Notes under the pieces: generated by a model | Told to the model about the DNA's origin: nothing | The model's input: the letters and a program-made list of their open reading frames with translations, nothing else | The model's database searches: none | Translations under genes and position numbers: made by a program | Source: Alphaproteobacteria bacterium | GTDB lineage: Bacteria > Pseudomonadota > Alphaproteobacteria > RF32 > CAG-239 | NCBI GenBank assembly: GCA_045613125.1 | Contig: JAZLAM010000022.1 | Coordinates: forward strand, 77,813-141,812 | Direction of reading: 5' to 3' | DNA length: 64,000 nucleotides | Shown: piece by piece, positions 46,437-56,321 of the stretch | Position numbering within the stretch: the first letter of the stretch is position 1 | Layout of the letters: the number at the start of each line of letters is the position of its first letter

Positions 46437-47400
46437 ATATGAACCAAAAATTTCGGTTATTGTGCCGGTTTATAATGTGGCTAAATATTTGCCTCAATGC
46501 TTGGACTCTTTAATTTTGCAGACATATCATAATTTGGAGATTATTTGCGTTAATGACGGCTCAAAAGATAATTCTCTCGAAATTTTAGAAGCTTATGCCC
46601 TAAAAGATAACCGGATAAAAATTGTCAATCAAGAAAACAAAGGCTTAAGTGCCACACGCAATCGTGGAGTTGAAGAAGCAACCGGAGAATGGATTTCTTT
46701 TATTGATTCTGACGATTGGGTATCGCTTTCGCTTTATCAAAAGTTTGTTGATGATATAAAAAACTGCAACCAAACAATTGATATGTATATGTTTAACGGC
46801 TTCCACTTTGGAGCAATTGAGGGAAAACAATTTAACTGTGTGATGCAGTTTTGGGATATGCGCTATTGGAACAATTTTCAAAGAACACCTCCTGTTTTTT
46901 CTTTTAGCGATTGTATCAATCCGTTTAAAGGAATTATTGCTTCTTATTTGAAAATATATCGTGCCGATTGGTATAAAGAAAATAATTTCAAATTTGCCGA
47001 AGGTATCATTTTTGAAGATATATTGTTTAATATCCAAACCGGTCTTAAAGCTAAAAACTTATATCTTAATAATGACTGGTTATACTATTATCGTGAAAAT
47101 ATGTTTTCTATCTTGCGCACATTACATCGCAATGTGTTTGATATCTTCAAAATTTTGGAGTTGGTTAAACAAGAATTTTTGCAAAACGGTCTTTATGAGC
47201 AAAAAAAATATTTGCTCTTTGCCGAACAATATTTCCAATTGTCCGAAAAACTGAAAAGTTGCCCACCTGAGCTTAAAAAAGAATTTGTGCTAAAAGCCAG
47301 AGATATGCTAAATGAAACCGTGGCTGATTTAGATGAAAAGGTTTATCGAACATTTGCTGATATACAAAGATTTGACTATCTGATGAATCTGACTGTATAA
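46423..47400 (+). CDS. Family 2 glycosyltransferase (second, tandem)
   Basis: ISVIVPVYNVAKYLPQCLDSLILQTYHNLEIICVNDGSKDNS; DSDD. Start taken at MMINKYEPK, giving a 14-bp overlap with the upstream gene. Confidence 0.7.
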   Translation: MMINKYEPKISVIVPVYNVAKYLPQCLDSLILQTYHNLEIICVNDGSKDNSLEILEAYALKDNRIKIVNQENKGLSATRNRGVEEATGEWISFIDSDDWVSLSLYQKFVDDIKNCNQTIDMYMFNGFHFGAIEGKQFNCVMQFWDMRYWNNFQRTPPVFSFSDCINPFKGIIASYLKIYRADWYKENNFKFAEGIIFEDILFNIQTGLKAKNLYLNNDWLYYYRENMFSILRTLHRNVFDIFKILELVKQEFLQNGLYEQKKYLLFAEQYFQLSEKLKSCPPELKKEFVLKARDMLNETVADLDEKVYRTFADIQRFDYLMNLTV

Positions 47401-47428
47401 TAATGACAAGAGGTATATAACAAAACCA

Positions 47429-47456
47429 ATGCCGGAATTTATAACTCCGGCATTAG
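47429..47456. terminator. Bidirectional terminator AATGCCGGAATTTATAACTCCGGCATT + T-run
   Basis: 9-bp stem between the convergent GT2 and aminotransferase genes. Confidence 0.5.
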
Positions 47457-47475
47457 TTTTATTAAATTTTACGGT

Positions 47476-48645
47476 TTAACAAAATTCTTTTAAGCGTTTG
47501 ACAGCTTCTTTTATGTTTTCTTCCGAACAAGCATAGCTTAGCCTGATATAATCAGGTGCGCCGAAAGATGCACACGGAATTACGGCCAAAAGTTTTTCTT
47601 CCAAAATCTTTTTAGCAAATTCATCAGATGTCATGCCTGTTTTTGAAATGTTACACATTACATAAAATGCACCCTTAGGCTCTACGATTGTCAAATTGTT
47701 TACATCTTTTAACAATTCGCAAATCAGTTTTTTGCGTTTGGCAAAAGCTTCAACCATCATATCAACTTGTTCGTCGGCTTTTCCTTGTAAAGCAACGACA
47801 CCTGCATATTGCACAAAAGATGTTGCATTACTGGTGGAATGGCTTTGCAAAGCACTTATACGTTTGGTAAGCCAAAGTGGAGCTGTTAAATAGCCCAAAC
47901 GCCAACCTGTCATGGCATATGCTTTAGAAAAACCGTTGACCGTGATGGTAAGCTCTGCAATTTTATCATTAAGACTTGCAATACTGATATGTTTATCTTC
48001 AGGATTATATATCAGCTTTTCATAAATTTCATCCGATAAAACCATAATGTTGTTTTTAACCGCAACATCTGCAATCATCTCCAAAGTGTTGCGAGAATAT
48101 ACCGCACCGGTCGGATTGTTTGGAGAATTACAAATAATCAGCTTTGTTTTAGATGTTATGGCTTTTTCCAAATCGGCTCTGACAGGTTCAAAGTTGTTTT
48201 CGGCTGCAGTGTTTACAACAACAACTTTTGCTCCGCTTGCGCTTATCATCTCAGGATAAGAAAGCCAATATGGAGCAAACAAAACGACCTCATCGTCTTT
48301 TCCGCACAAAGCCGCAATTGCTTGAAACAAAGCAAACTTGGCTCCGGTTGAAATTACAATGTTTGCAACATCTGTTTTTATACCGTTACCGGCAAACTTT
48401 TTTACAATTTCTTTTTTTAATTCAGGCAAACCTGACGCTGCCAAATAGCGAACTTTACCGTCATTAATTGCCTTAATACATTCTTCTTTTATGGCTTTAG
48501 GTGTATCAAAATCAGGCTCACCTGCTGTCATGGAACAAATATCTGCACCACTTGCTTTTAGTTCTTTAGCTTTAGCCGAAATAGCAAGTGTCGCAGAAGG
48601 TTGCATTGCTCCCAACGGACTAAAATTTTCTTGTAAATTTTGCAT
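47476..48645 (-). CDS. aspC: Aspartate/aromatic aminotransferase (class I PLP-dependent)
   Basis: SFSKAYAMTGWRLGY (PLP-lysine motif), NPTG, and overall AAT layout. Confidence 0.8.
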   Translation of the reverse strand: MQNLQENFSPLGAMQPSATLAISAKAKELKASGADICSMTAGEPDFDTPKAIKEECIKAINDGKVRYLAASGLPELKKEIVKKFAGNGIKTDVANIVISTGAKFALFQAIAALCGKDDEVVLFAPYWLSYPEMISASGAKVVVVNTAAENNFEPVRADLEKAITSKTKLIICNSPNNPTGAVYSRNTLEMIADVAVKNNIMVLSDEIYEKLIYNPEDKHISIASLNDKIAELTITVNGFSKAYAMTGWRLGYLTAPLWLTKRISALQSHSTSNATSFVQYAGVVALQGKADEQVDMMVEAFAKRKKLICELLKDVNNLTIVEPKGAFYVMCNISKTGMTSDEFAKKILEEKLLAVIPCASFGAPDYIRLSYACSEENIKEAVKRLKEFC

Positions 48646-49476
48646 TTAGTTTACTCCTTGGGCGTCAACTTTATATGGTCTGCTGGTTGCAGCTTCTGCT
48701 TTAGCATCAGGTAAAGCCACGCTCAAAACAGAACCTTTATTTTTAAGCAAAGCTTCCGATATTACACATACGCTTGTACCTATACCATAATTTGTGCGTC
48801 CTTTTCCGGAGATGATGGTCATACCATATTTTTTTACAACTTCAGCAATTTCTTCTTTATCGGCAGGTGTAAACGGAATGTTTTTTGATGCACAATAATC
48901 TTCAATGGATAAACCTGAGATTTTTACACTATCCCAATCTACAACTTGCGAATCGCCATGTTCTCCGATAACAAACCCTTTGATGTTGGCAACCGGTTCA
49001 TTAAACCTATCTGCCAAAACACTTATAAGTCTTGATGTATCTAGTGCACAACCGCTACCATAAATTCCTTTTACCGGAGCTGTTATCATTTTTGCCAGTT
49101 CATTGGTCAAAACATCAACCGGATTAGAAACCACTAAAACAAAAGCTTTGGTATCTGTCTGATTTATCTGCTCAGCAATTGATTCCATAATTTTTATATT
49201 TTTATTTAATAAATCAAGTCTGCTTTCGCCCACTTTACGGCCCAAACCTGCCGTGATAACAATCAAATCGCTATCTTTACAATCGGCATAAGTGCCGGAT
49301 TTAAGTCGTGTTTTACTAAGTCCTTCAAAACCTTGATTTATATCGGCAACTTCTGCAGCAACTAAATCTGCATTGATATCTATCAAAGCTATTTCATCAG
49401 CCACTTCTTTTAGCATCAATGCATATGCACTGGTCGAACCGACAAAACCGGCCCCGATAATCGAAATCTTACTCAT
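48646..49476 (-). CDS. L-lactate/malate dehydrogenase family protein (shortish, 276 aa)
   Basis: IIGAGFVGSTSAYAL, IGEHGDSQV, NPVDVLT. About 25-30 aa shorter at the C-terminus than typical LDH-like MDH; the stop abuts the aspC start. Confidence 0.7.
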   Translation of the reverse strand: MSKISIIGAGFVGSTSAYALMLKEVADEIALIDINADLVAAEVADINQGFEGLSKTRLKSGTYADCKDSDLIVITAGLGRKVGESRLDLLNKNIKIMESIAEQINQTDTKAFVLVVSNPVDVLTNELAKMITAPVKGIYGSGCALDTSRLISVLADRFNEPVANIKGFVIGEHGDSQVVDWDSVKISGLSIEDYCASKNIPFTPADKEEIAEVVKKYGMTIISGKGRTNYGIGTSVCVISEALLKNKGSVLSVALPDAKAEAATSRPYKVDAQGVN

Positions 49477-49491
49477 ACAAAACTCCTCAAA

Positions 49492-50289
49492 CTAATCTGA
49501 TGTCATAACTTTACGACGACCTTTTAATGACTCATCAATAAATTCAACTTGTTCCATAACCATAGCATTATCTTTGAATTTTTCATGAGCTTGAGCCAAA
49601 CGAGTTTCAAAATTGTCTGTTTTACCTTTAAATAAGAACATAAATGCTCTGGTGATAGACTTAACAACGCCTTCTTCAAAACCGCTTCTTTTCAAACCGA
49701 TAACATTTAAACCACGTAGTTTACCTCTATCGCTTGCTACAATACCAAACGGAATAACATCACGGTCAACCGCAGTCATACCTCCTATCATAGCTTTGCG
49801 ACCAATACGGCAAAACTGGTGAACTGCGCTGTTTCCACCAATAATAGCACCATCGCCAACACGAACGTGTCCGCCAATTACGGCATTATTGGTCATAATA
49901 ACATTGTTACCTACAATACAGTCATGCGCAACGTGAGAGTTTACCATAAACATACAATCATCACCTACAACTGTTGTAAACTGTTCCTTAGGGGTACCGG
50001 CATGCATGGTAACATTTTCTCTAATGATATTATTTTTACCAATGATAAGTTTTGCTTCCTCTTTAAATTCATTTCCATGATCTTGAGGTCCTGAACCCAA
50101 ACAAGCTCCGGGGAAAACTATTGTTCCTTCACCGATTGTTGTATCTCCCATAACATTTACACGAGCCAACAGCTTAACATTTTCGCCGATTTTTGCACGA
50201 GAACTAACCCAGCAAAAAGGTCCTATTTCAGCAGTTTGAGCAATTTGAGCGCCGTCTTCTACAACAGCAGATGGATGAATTTTAGCCAT
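49492..50289 (-). CDS. lpxA: UDP-N-acetylglucosamine O-acyltransferase LpxA (hexapeptide repeat)
   Basis: MAKIHPSAVVEDGAQI..., left-handed beta-helix hexapeptide repeats, GLNVIGLKRSGF, about 262 aa. Confidence 0.75.
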   Translation of the reverse strand: MAKIHPSAVVEDGAQIAQTAEIGPFCWVSSRAKIGENVKLLARVNVMGDTTIGEGTIVFPGACLGSGPQDHGNEFKEEAKLIIGKNNIIRENVTMHAGTPKEQFTTVVGDDCMFMVNSHVAHDCIVGNNVIMTNNAVIGGHVRVGDGAIIGGNSAVHQFCRIGRKAMIGGMTAVDRDVIPFGIVASDRGKLRGLNVIGLKRSGFEEGVVKSITRAFMFLFKGKTDNFETRLAQAHEKFKDNAMVMEQVEFIDESLKGRRKVMTSD

Positions 50290-50478
50290 ATGTTTATCCT
50301 TTTTATAAAAAATTATTCCAAATTATGGCGTCATTTTACTTAATGCTTTTTTTAATGTCCAAACACGATAAATTACGAATTATTACATTATAAAGCATAT
50401 GCAACCAACTATTTGTAAATAAACATAAAACTACCGCAAAAAACAAAAAAAAGCCGGAGAATAAACTCCGGTTAACTT

Positions 50479-50564
50479 TGGTAGGGGTGATGAGACTTGA
50501 ACTCATACTCGCTGAGCGAACAAGATTTTGAGTCTAGCGCGTCTACCAATTCCGCCACACCCCC
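50479..50564 (-). tRNA. tRNA-Leu (anticodon CAA), type II with long variable arm
   Basis: Reverse complement reads GGGGGTGTGGCGGAATTGGTAGACGCGCTAGACTCAAAATCTAG..GAGTTCAAGTCTCATCACCCCTACCA, with CCA encoded. Confidence 0.8.
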
Positions 50565-50701
50565 ATCTGATTGTTAAGGGATACATATACCATTTATTTT
50601 ATACAGTCAACACTTTTTTACGTTTTTTTATATTTTTTATGTTTCTTTTTTATAAGAAATGGTGTATAATCTTGCCAGTTTGTTAAAATCGGGAGCCAAG
50701 A

Positions 50702-52228
50702 TTGAGTAACTTAGAACAAAAAGCTGCTGTTTTATATAATGAAAAAAAATATCCTGAAGCTTTGGATATTTATCTGTCATTGCACCAAAAAAATCCTAAA
50801 ACCGAAAAATATTCAATTTTTTGCGGAAGTTGTTTTGATGCTTTAGGAGAATCGGAAAAAGCAATATCATATTACAAAAAAGCGACAAAACTCAATCCAA
50901 TATCTGAAACATCTCTTATTGCCCTTGCTAATATATACTATAACAAATCAGATTATGAAAATGCAGAAAAATTTGCAAAGAGATTATTAAGAAAAAATCC
51001 AAACAATACATCAGCGTTGTTATGCTTGGGAAACATTGCATATTGTAAATATGATTTCGAAACAGCTTTACACTATTATGAAACGGTTTATAAAAGCAAT
51101 CATGCCAGCTACATTGCTATAATCAATATGGCAAATACATATTTTGATTTAGGACGTCATGTTAAAGCTGTTGATTTTGCAAAAAAAGCCCTTAAACTCT
51201 ATCCGTCAAGCGTTGATGCTTATATAATTCTCGGTAATGCGTTTATAGAACTTGAAAAACACGAAAAAGCCGAAAAAAGTTTGTTAAGAGCTCTTGAGTT
51301 TAAAGATGATAATCCCTGGATATATAATGCATTAAGCCGTTTATATCAAAAAATGGAGAAATGGGAATCTGCTCTTGCAACCGGTTGGAACGCCGTTATT
51401 TGTAATGAAGACACGCATCAAGATCAACATATAAATTTTGGCTATTTATTATATGAATGTGTAGATGAAAAAGGAAAAGAACTTGCTGAAGAATATGCCC
51501 AAAAATGGCTCAGTAAATTTCCAAAAGAAAAAATGGTTTATTATATGGCAACGGCTATTCTAAATGATAAATCAATTAAAAAAGCAGATACTGACTATAT
51601 TAAAAACATATTTGATGCTTTTGCCGGAGATTTTGACTCCACGTTATCCGGACTGGAATATCAGGTTCCTGAACATATTGCTAAATGTATAAAAGAAAAT
51701 TATCACAAACCTTTTTACAAACCCATAAGATATCTTGATTTAGGCTGTGGAACCGGTTTATGTGGCAAAGCCGTAAAATCTGTAATAGGATGGAGCCATG
51801 TTACCGGTGTTGATTTATCGGAAAATATGTTGTTGCAGGCAAAACACAAATATGTGTATGATCGCCTCGTAATAGATGAAATTGTTAATTTCTTGAAAAC
51901 AGAAGATAAAAAATACCACTTAATTACAGCCGGAGATGTGTTTACGTATTTTGGCGACATACAAAATCTTATAAGAGAAATATCACAATCATTGGTTGAT
52001 AATGGGCAGATTGTATTTACTATATCCGATAATACTATTAATTCTGATGACTATTATCTGACACCATCCGGACGTTTTGTTCACAACAGTGATTATGTAT
52101 TAAAAGTTTTGAAAAAATCCGGATTAAATAAACTCAGTATTGAGCATAAAGCCTTAAGAAACGAAGGAGATAGAGTGATATATGGGTATATTATTGCAGC
52201 AGAAAAACTTATTACCATAAAAAACTAA
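50702..52228 (+). CDS. TPR-repeat protein fused to a class I SAM-dependent methyltransferase domain
   Basis: N-terminal TPRs (AAVLYNEKKYPEALDIY..., AIINMANTYFDLGRHVKAV). C-terminal motif I YLDLGCGTGLCG and motif II/III. Apparent TTG start. Confidence 0.6.
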   Translation: MSNLEQKAAVLYNEKKYPEALDIYLSLHQKNPKTEKYSIFCGSCFDALGESEKAISYYKKATKLNPISETSLIALANIYYNKSDYENAEKFAKRLLRKNPNNTSALLCLGNIAYCKYDFETALHYYETVYKSNHASYIAIINMANTYFDLGRHVKAVDFAKKALKLYPSSVDAYIILGNAFIELEKHEKAEKSLLRALEFKDDNPWIYNALSRLYQKMEKWESALATGWNAVICNEDTHQDQHINFGYLLYECVDEKGKELAEEYAQKWLSKFPKEKMVYYMATAILNDKSIKKADTDYIKNIFDAFAGDFDSTLSGLEYQVPEHIAKCIKENYHKPFYKPIRYLDLGCGTGLCGKAVKSVIGWSHVTGVDLSENMLLQAKHKYVYDRLVIDEIVNFLKTEDKKYHLITAGDVFTYFGDIQNLIREISQSLVDNGQIVFTISDNTINSDDYYLTPSGRFVHNSDYVLKVLKKSGLNKLSIEHKALRNEGDRVIYGYIIAAEKLITIKN

Positions 52229-52238
52229 TCATAAAAAA

Positions 52239-52257
52239 ATCTCCCTCAAAGGGAGAT
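52239..52257. terminator. Bidirectional terminator ATCTCCCTC-AAA-GGGAGAT + T-run
   Basis: Between the convergent TPR-MTase and DUF192 genes. Confidence 0.5.
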
Positions 52258-52278
52258 TTTGTTATATTTATACATCGG

Positions 52279-52728
52279 CTATTTTTGGATTAGCTCATGC
52301 TTAACTAAATCGCCAACCATAATACCGTTCTTTTTAACCTCACCTGCATTTATTTCAACAACTGCTGATAATAGCTCATCTGTCTGAGGTTTTATTAAAC
52401 GAGTAGATAAAGGTTCAGCATTTTCATAAATCCATACAATTTTACCATCTTGATTTACAAATAACATATCCAAAGCGATATATGTATCTTTCATCCACAT
52501 AGAAATACCTTTGGTTCCATTAAGATTAAAAATCATCCCAGAATCAGCTCTCAACTCTTTACGATCCATCAAACCTTGAGACATCTCTTCTTCTGTAACC
52601 GCACTTTCAACTTTGTAGACAACAGGTCCTTTATCTGTTTCTACAATCAATTCAGATAGATCTTTATCTTTTGGTCCACAACCAACTAAAAGAAGTATTA
52701 CCATACATATTTTCAATAACTTTAACAT
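52279..52728 (-). CDS. DUF192 (COG1430)-family lipoprotein
   Basis: Lipobox LLLVGC|G; DMLFVNQDGKIVWIYENAEPLS matches the DUF192 conserved core. Confidence 0.5.
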   Translation of the reverse strand: MLKLLKICMVILLLVGCGPKDKDLSELIVETDKGPVVYKVESAVTEEEMSQGLMDRKELRADSGMIFNLNGTKGISMWMKDTYIALDMLFVNQDGKIVWIYENAEPLSTRLIKPQTDELLSAVVEINAGEVKKNGIMVGDLVKHELIQK

Positions 52729-52892
52729 ATTCGCTATCTCCTTAATTAATTACAGTGTAGATTTTAATGCTTTTTTCTAAATTTTGCAATATAAATATTG
52801 AGTTGATGAATAAAGTTTTATACTTGTCACTATGATTTTAAAGTTGTAGTCTTTCTTTTGTGTAACTTATAAATTGAAAAATAGTATAATGA

Positions 52893-54656
52893 ATGGCTAA
52901 TTATAAAAATAAAAAATCATTAAACGGAAATTTGTGGGATGTTTTATCAGCAGATGAAAGATTATCCCAAGCTCTGATGCAACAAAAAAATCTTCCTTAT
53001 ATTGTTGCAAATATACTTACTGTCAGAGGCGTAAATACAGAAAATGCTGATCTGTTTCTGAACCCCAAATTACAAACTTTATTACCTAATCCATCATGCT
53101 TAAAAGATATGGATAAAGCTGCAAAACGTATAGCAGAAGCCATCGTAAAGAAAGAAAAAATAGGTATAATTGGTGATTATGACGTAGATGGAGCAACTTC
53201 AAGTGCAGTAATGTGTAAATTCTTAAATTTTTTCGGACTTACGCCTAATGTACGTATTCCGGACAGAGAAGAAGGTTATGGCCCTTGTGAAAGTATGTTT
53301 ATTGATTTTGATAATAATGGCATAAAGTTAGTTATAACTACCGACTGTGGCACCAGTGCCTTTGAAGTGCTAGATAAAGCAGCATATGACGGTTTTGATA
53401 TAGTGGTTTTAGACCATCATGAAGCAGAAATTAAACTACCTAAAGTTTTTGCTGTGGTGAATCCCAAAAGATTAGATGAAAACAATGATTATCCTTATTT
53501 AAAATATCTGGCAGCTGTTGGGGTTGTTTTCATGACGATAGTCGCTGTTAATCGTGAACTTAAAAATATGGGGTACTATACAACTAATAAAGCTCCAGAT
53601 CTATTAAGTTTTCTCGATTTGGTTGCCTTAGGAACAGTTTGCGATGTTGTCCCCCTTTTAGGTCTTAACAGAGCTTATGTAAAGCAAGGACTTAAAATTA
53701 TATCTTTACGACAAAACTTAGGTATAAGAGCTTTAAGCGATATTGCTCAAATAGGAGAAACCTTAAGTGCATACCATTTAGGTTTTGTTTTAGGTCCAAG
53801 AATTAATGCAGGAGGTAGGGTTGGTGACCCATCAATAGGAAATAAACTGCTTTGCACCACAAATGAAATTGAAGCTAAGAATCTGGCTGAGAAATTAAAT
53901 AATTTCAACATTGAAAGAAAAGAAATAGAATCGTACGTTTTACTGCAGGCTATTGAAGTTTTAGAAGGTACAGCTCAAGAATATCCGATGGCTTTTGTTT
54001 ATGGCTCAGACTGGCATCAAGGTGTTATAGGTATTGTTGCAGGAAAACTTAAAGAACGATATAATGTCCCTGCTTTTGTTATGTCTGTTGAACAAGATGA
54101 AGTTAAAGGATCAGCACGTTCAATTGCCGGAATTGATTTAGGAGCATTGATTATCGCGGCAAAGGAAAAAGGCCTTTTAACCAAAGGCGGCGGACACACT
54201 ATGGCTGCCGGATTTTCTTTAAATGAAGATAAAATAGATGAATTTAAAAAATTTGTCGGAGAATATATAAAATCTAAATTAGGTGAAGAAAAAATAACTC
54301 CGATAATAAGCATAGATGGAACAGTTTCATTATCCGGAGCTAATGAAAAACTTGCTGAAGCGATTGAACTGCTTGAACCTTTCGGCGCTTCAAATCCGGA
54401 ACCTAAAATCATAATTGAAAACGTTTACTTTGCCAATCAATCTATTATAGGAAGTGGTCATGTAAGATGTTTCTTAACTGATGAGTTCGGTCAAAAATTA
54501 AAATCAATTGCTTTTAGAGCGGCAGACACTCAAGTCGGAAAAGAAATTTTGGCTTCGAGAGGTGAACGCTTTGATGTAGCGGGAACTTTAAGAAAAGATA
54601 CCTGGCAAGGTAGAACATCCTTACAATTTATCATCGAAGATATCATGAGGGTATAA
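52893..54656 (+). CDS. recJ: Single-stranded-DNA-specific exonuclease RecJ
   Basis: DHH motifs (GDYDVDGATS, VVLDHHE), a DHHA1 domain (GGGHTMAAG) and a C-terminal OB domain. Confidence 0.85.
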   Translation: MANYKNKKSLNGNLWDVLSADERLSQALMQQKNLPYIVANILTVRGVNTENADLFLNPKLQTLLPNPSCLKDMDKAAKRIAEAIVKKEKIGIIGDYDVDGATSSAVMCKFLNFFGLTPNVRIPDREEGYGPCESMFIDFDNNGIKLVITTDCGTSAFEVLDKAAYDGFDIVVLDHHEAEIKLPKVFAVVNPKRLDENNDYPYLKYLAAVGVVFMTIVAVNRELKNMGYYTTNKAPDLLSFLDLVALGTVCDVVPLLGLNRAYVKQGLKIISLRQNLGIRALSDIAQIGETLSAYHLGFVLGPRINAGGRVGDPSIGNKLLCTTNEIEAKNLAEKLNNFNIERKEIESYVLLQAIEVLEGTAQEYPMAFVYGSDWHQGVIGIVAGKLKERYNVPAFVMSVEQDEVKGSARSIAGIDLGALIIAAKEKGLLTKGGGHTMAAGFSLNEDKIDEFKKFVGEYIKSKLGEEKITPIISIDGTVSLSGANEKLAEAIELLEPFGASNPEPKIIIENVYFANQSIIGSGHVRCFLTDEFGQKLKSIAFRAADTQVGKEILASRGERFDVAGTLRKDTWQGRTSLQFIIEDIMRV

Positions 54657-54659
54657 TAA

Positions 54660-55347
54660 ATGGAAAATAAGAAGAAGCACCATAATACAAAAACTCTTAA
54701 AAAGCAAAGTTTATCATCTCGAGTATTAAGCAAACTAAAAGCTTATTTATTCACGGGCATATTAGTTACAGCTCCAGTCACCATTACTTTTTATATGGCA
54801 TATAAGCTGATTTTATTTATTGATACATCAATTGGTTCTTTGCTTGCGCCAAGTATTAAACCTAAAACTATATTTTCCGTTTAACATTCCCGGTATCGGA
54901 CTAATTGTTTTAATTGGATCTCTTATTTTAATCGGAATGTTTACTACAGGATATTTTGGGCGTTTTTTTATTCGTTTAGGTGAACTGATTGTTTCAAAAA
55001 TGCCGTTTATATCCAGTATATATTCATTGTTAAAACAAGTTTTTGAAACTTTCTTTTCTGATAAAAAGCAATCTTTTAATCAGGTAGTATTACTGGAATA
55101 TCCTCGTAAAAATTTATGGGTTTTGGGTTTTGTAAGTGCCAAAACCCAAGGAGAAACAGCTAAAAAATTTACAGAGTCTATGCTAAACGTGTTTGTTCCG
55201 ACCACTCCAAATCCGACATCAGGATTTTTGCTCTTTGTACCTGAAAAAGATGTTATAAAGATGGATATGACAGTTGAAGAAGGATTAAAATTTGTCGTTT
55301 CTTGTGGTATAGTTACACCTGATATGGTAAATAATAAGAAGAAATAA
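54660..55347 (+). pseudogene. DUF502-family membrane protein gene interrupted by a +1 frameshift (two ORFs, 54660-54884 and 54820-55347)
   Basis: ORF1 (TGILVTAPVTITFYMAYKL...) and ORF2 (FNIPGIGLIVLIGSLILIGMF...RFFIRLGELIVSKMPFISSIYSLLKQV...VVLLEYPRKN) together match DUF502 end-to-end. The frames switch near a T-run at about 54870-54890. Confidence 0.5.
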
Positions 55348-55494
55348 ACTCTATCCTCTTATTGGTGCACCAAAGTTGACGAATTGTTGAACTCTATTGT
55401 TATAAATACCACCGCAATTAATGAAAAATATTAACTTGCGGAGATTACAACAAAAAACAGCTCAGATCTGAAATCTGAACTGTTTTCGTGTAGT

Positions 55495-55893
55495 TTAGTT
55501 ATTCTTTCTAACTATCTCAAACCATCGTTTTACAATGTGTCGTCTATAGTCCAAAAGATTGGGATATGAAACCTCAAAAGAATCTTTTAAAAGACCAATG
55601 TAGGCAAAAAGTATTTGTTTTACACCCCTAGGACAACTTGGTGAGTTATAATACTCTTCATAAAAAACGATAGCGTTTGCGTATCCACATGCATATAACA
55701 ATAGGGTATCTTTGCTATTATCAGGATATGGAGATTTAACTCTTGTGTTAATCAAGTTATAAACTTTGTCTTTCTTTATGACGTTATTTATATACTCAAT
55801 ATCCTCTTCAGTAACTCTAATCTTAAAATAGGTTACCATATTTGCAAATGGAGGACCTAACCTATGCCACGTTTCTTTATCTAAAAAATCCAT
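55495..55893 (-). CDS. Hypothetical protein
   Basis: 132-aa ORF; no motif recognised. Confidence 0.3.
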   Translation of the reverse strand: MDFLDKETWHRLGPPFANMVTYFKIRVTEEDIEYINNVIKKDKVYNLINTRVKSPYPDNSKDTLLLYACGYANAIVFYEEYYNSPSCPRGVKQILFAYIGLLKDSFEVSYPNLLDYRRHIVKRWFEIVRKNN

Positions 55894-56002
55894 AATTATA
55901 AAATTTAAAAGTTAAACATACTAATTAATTTTGTGCCTCTACCATTACCACAGTTTTCAATTTTTTGCAATAAAAAAATCCCCGCATTTGCGGGGATGAG
56001 AA

Positions 56003-56018
56003 ACTTGGTGCTCTGAAA
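56003..56018 (-). repeat. 16-bp duplicate of the tRNA-Leu(CAG) 3' end (TTGGTGCTCTGAAAAG) with its own terminator hairpin
   Basis: Identical to 56181-56196. Adjacent hairpin CCCCGCATTTGCGGGG with an A/T run. Confidence 0.5.
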
Positions 56019-56181
56019 AGAAACGCTAAGTAAAAAAGCAAGCAACCTTGCTTTTTTATCTGCAAGTTCTTTGTAACATCTTAATGAGCAAGGGAGTTTT
56101 AACGACCACAGCGAATTTAGATGCCTAAGCCATAGTCCTTTTAGGTTACAAAAAAAAATCTCCCCGAAGGGAGTTTTTTAT

Positions 56182-56268
56182 TGGTGCTCTGAAAAGGACT
56201 TGAACCTTCACGAGAATTCTCTCACAAGTACCTGAAACTTGCGCGTCTACCAATTCCGCCACCAGAGC
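56182..56268 (-). tRNA. tRNA-Leu (anticodon CAG), type II
   Basis: Reverse complement reads GCTCTGGTGGCGGAATTGGTAGACGCGCAAGTTTCAGGTACTTG...GGTTCAAGTCCTTTTCAGAGCACCA. Followed on its strand by terminator CTCCCTTCGGGGAG plus a T-run. Confidence 0.8.
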
Positions 56269-56321
56269 ACTAAAACACCTGTTTAAATAGGCGTTTTTTT
56301 AATTGCTGTCAATCAATTTTT

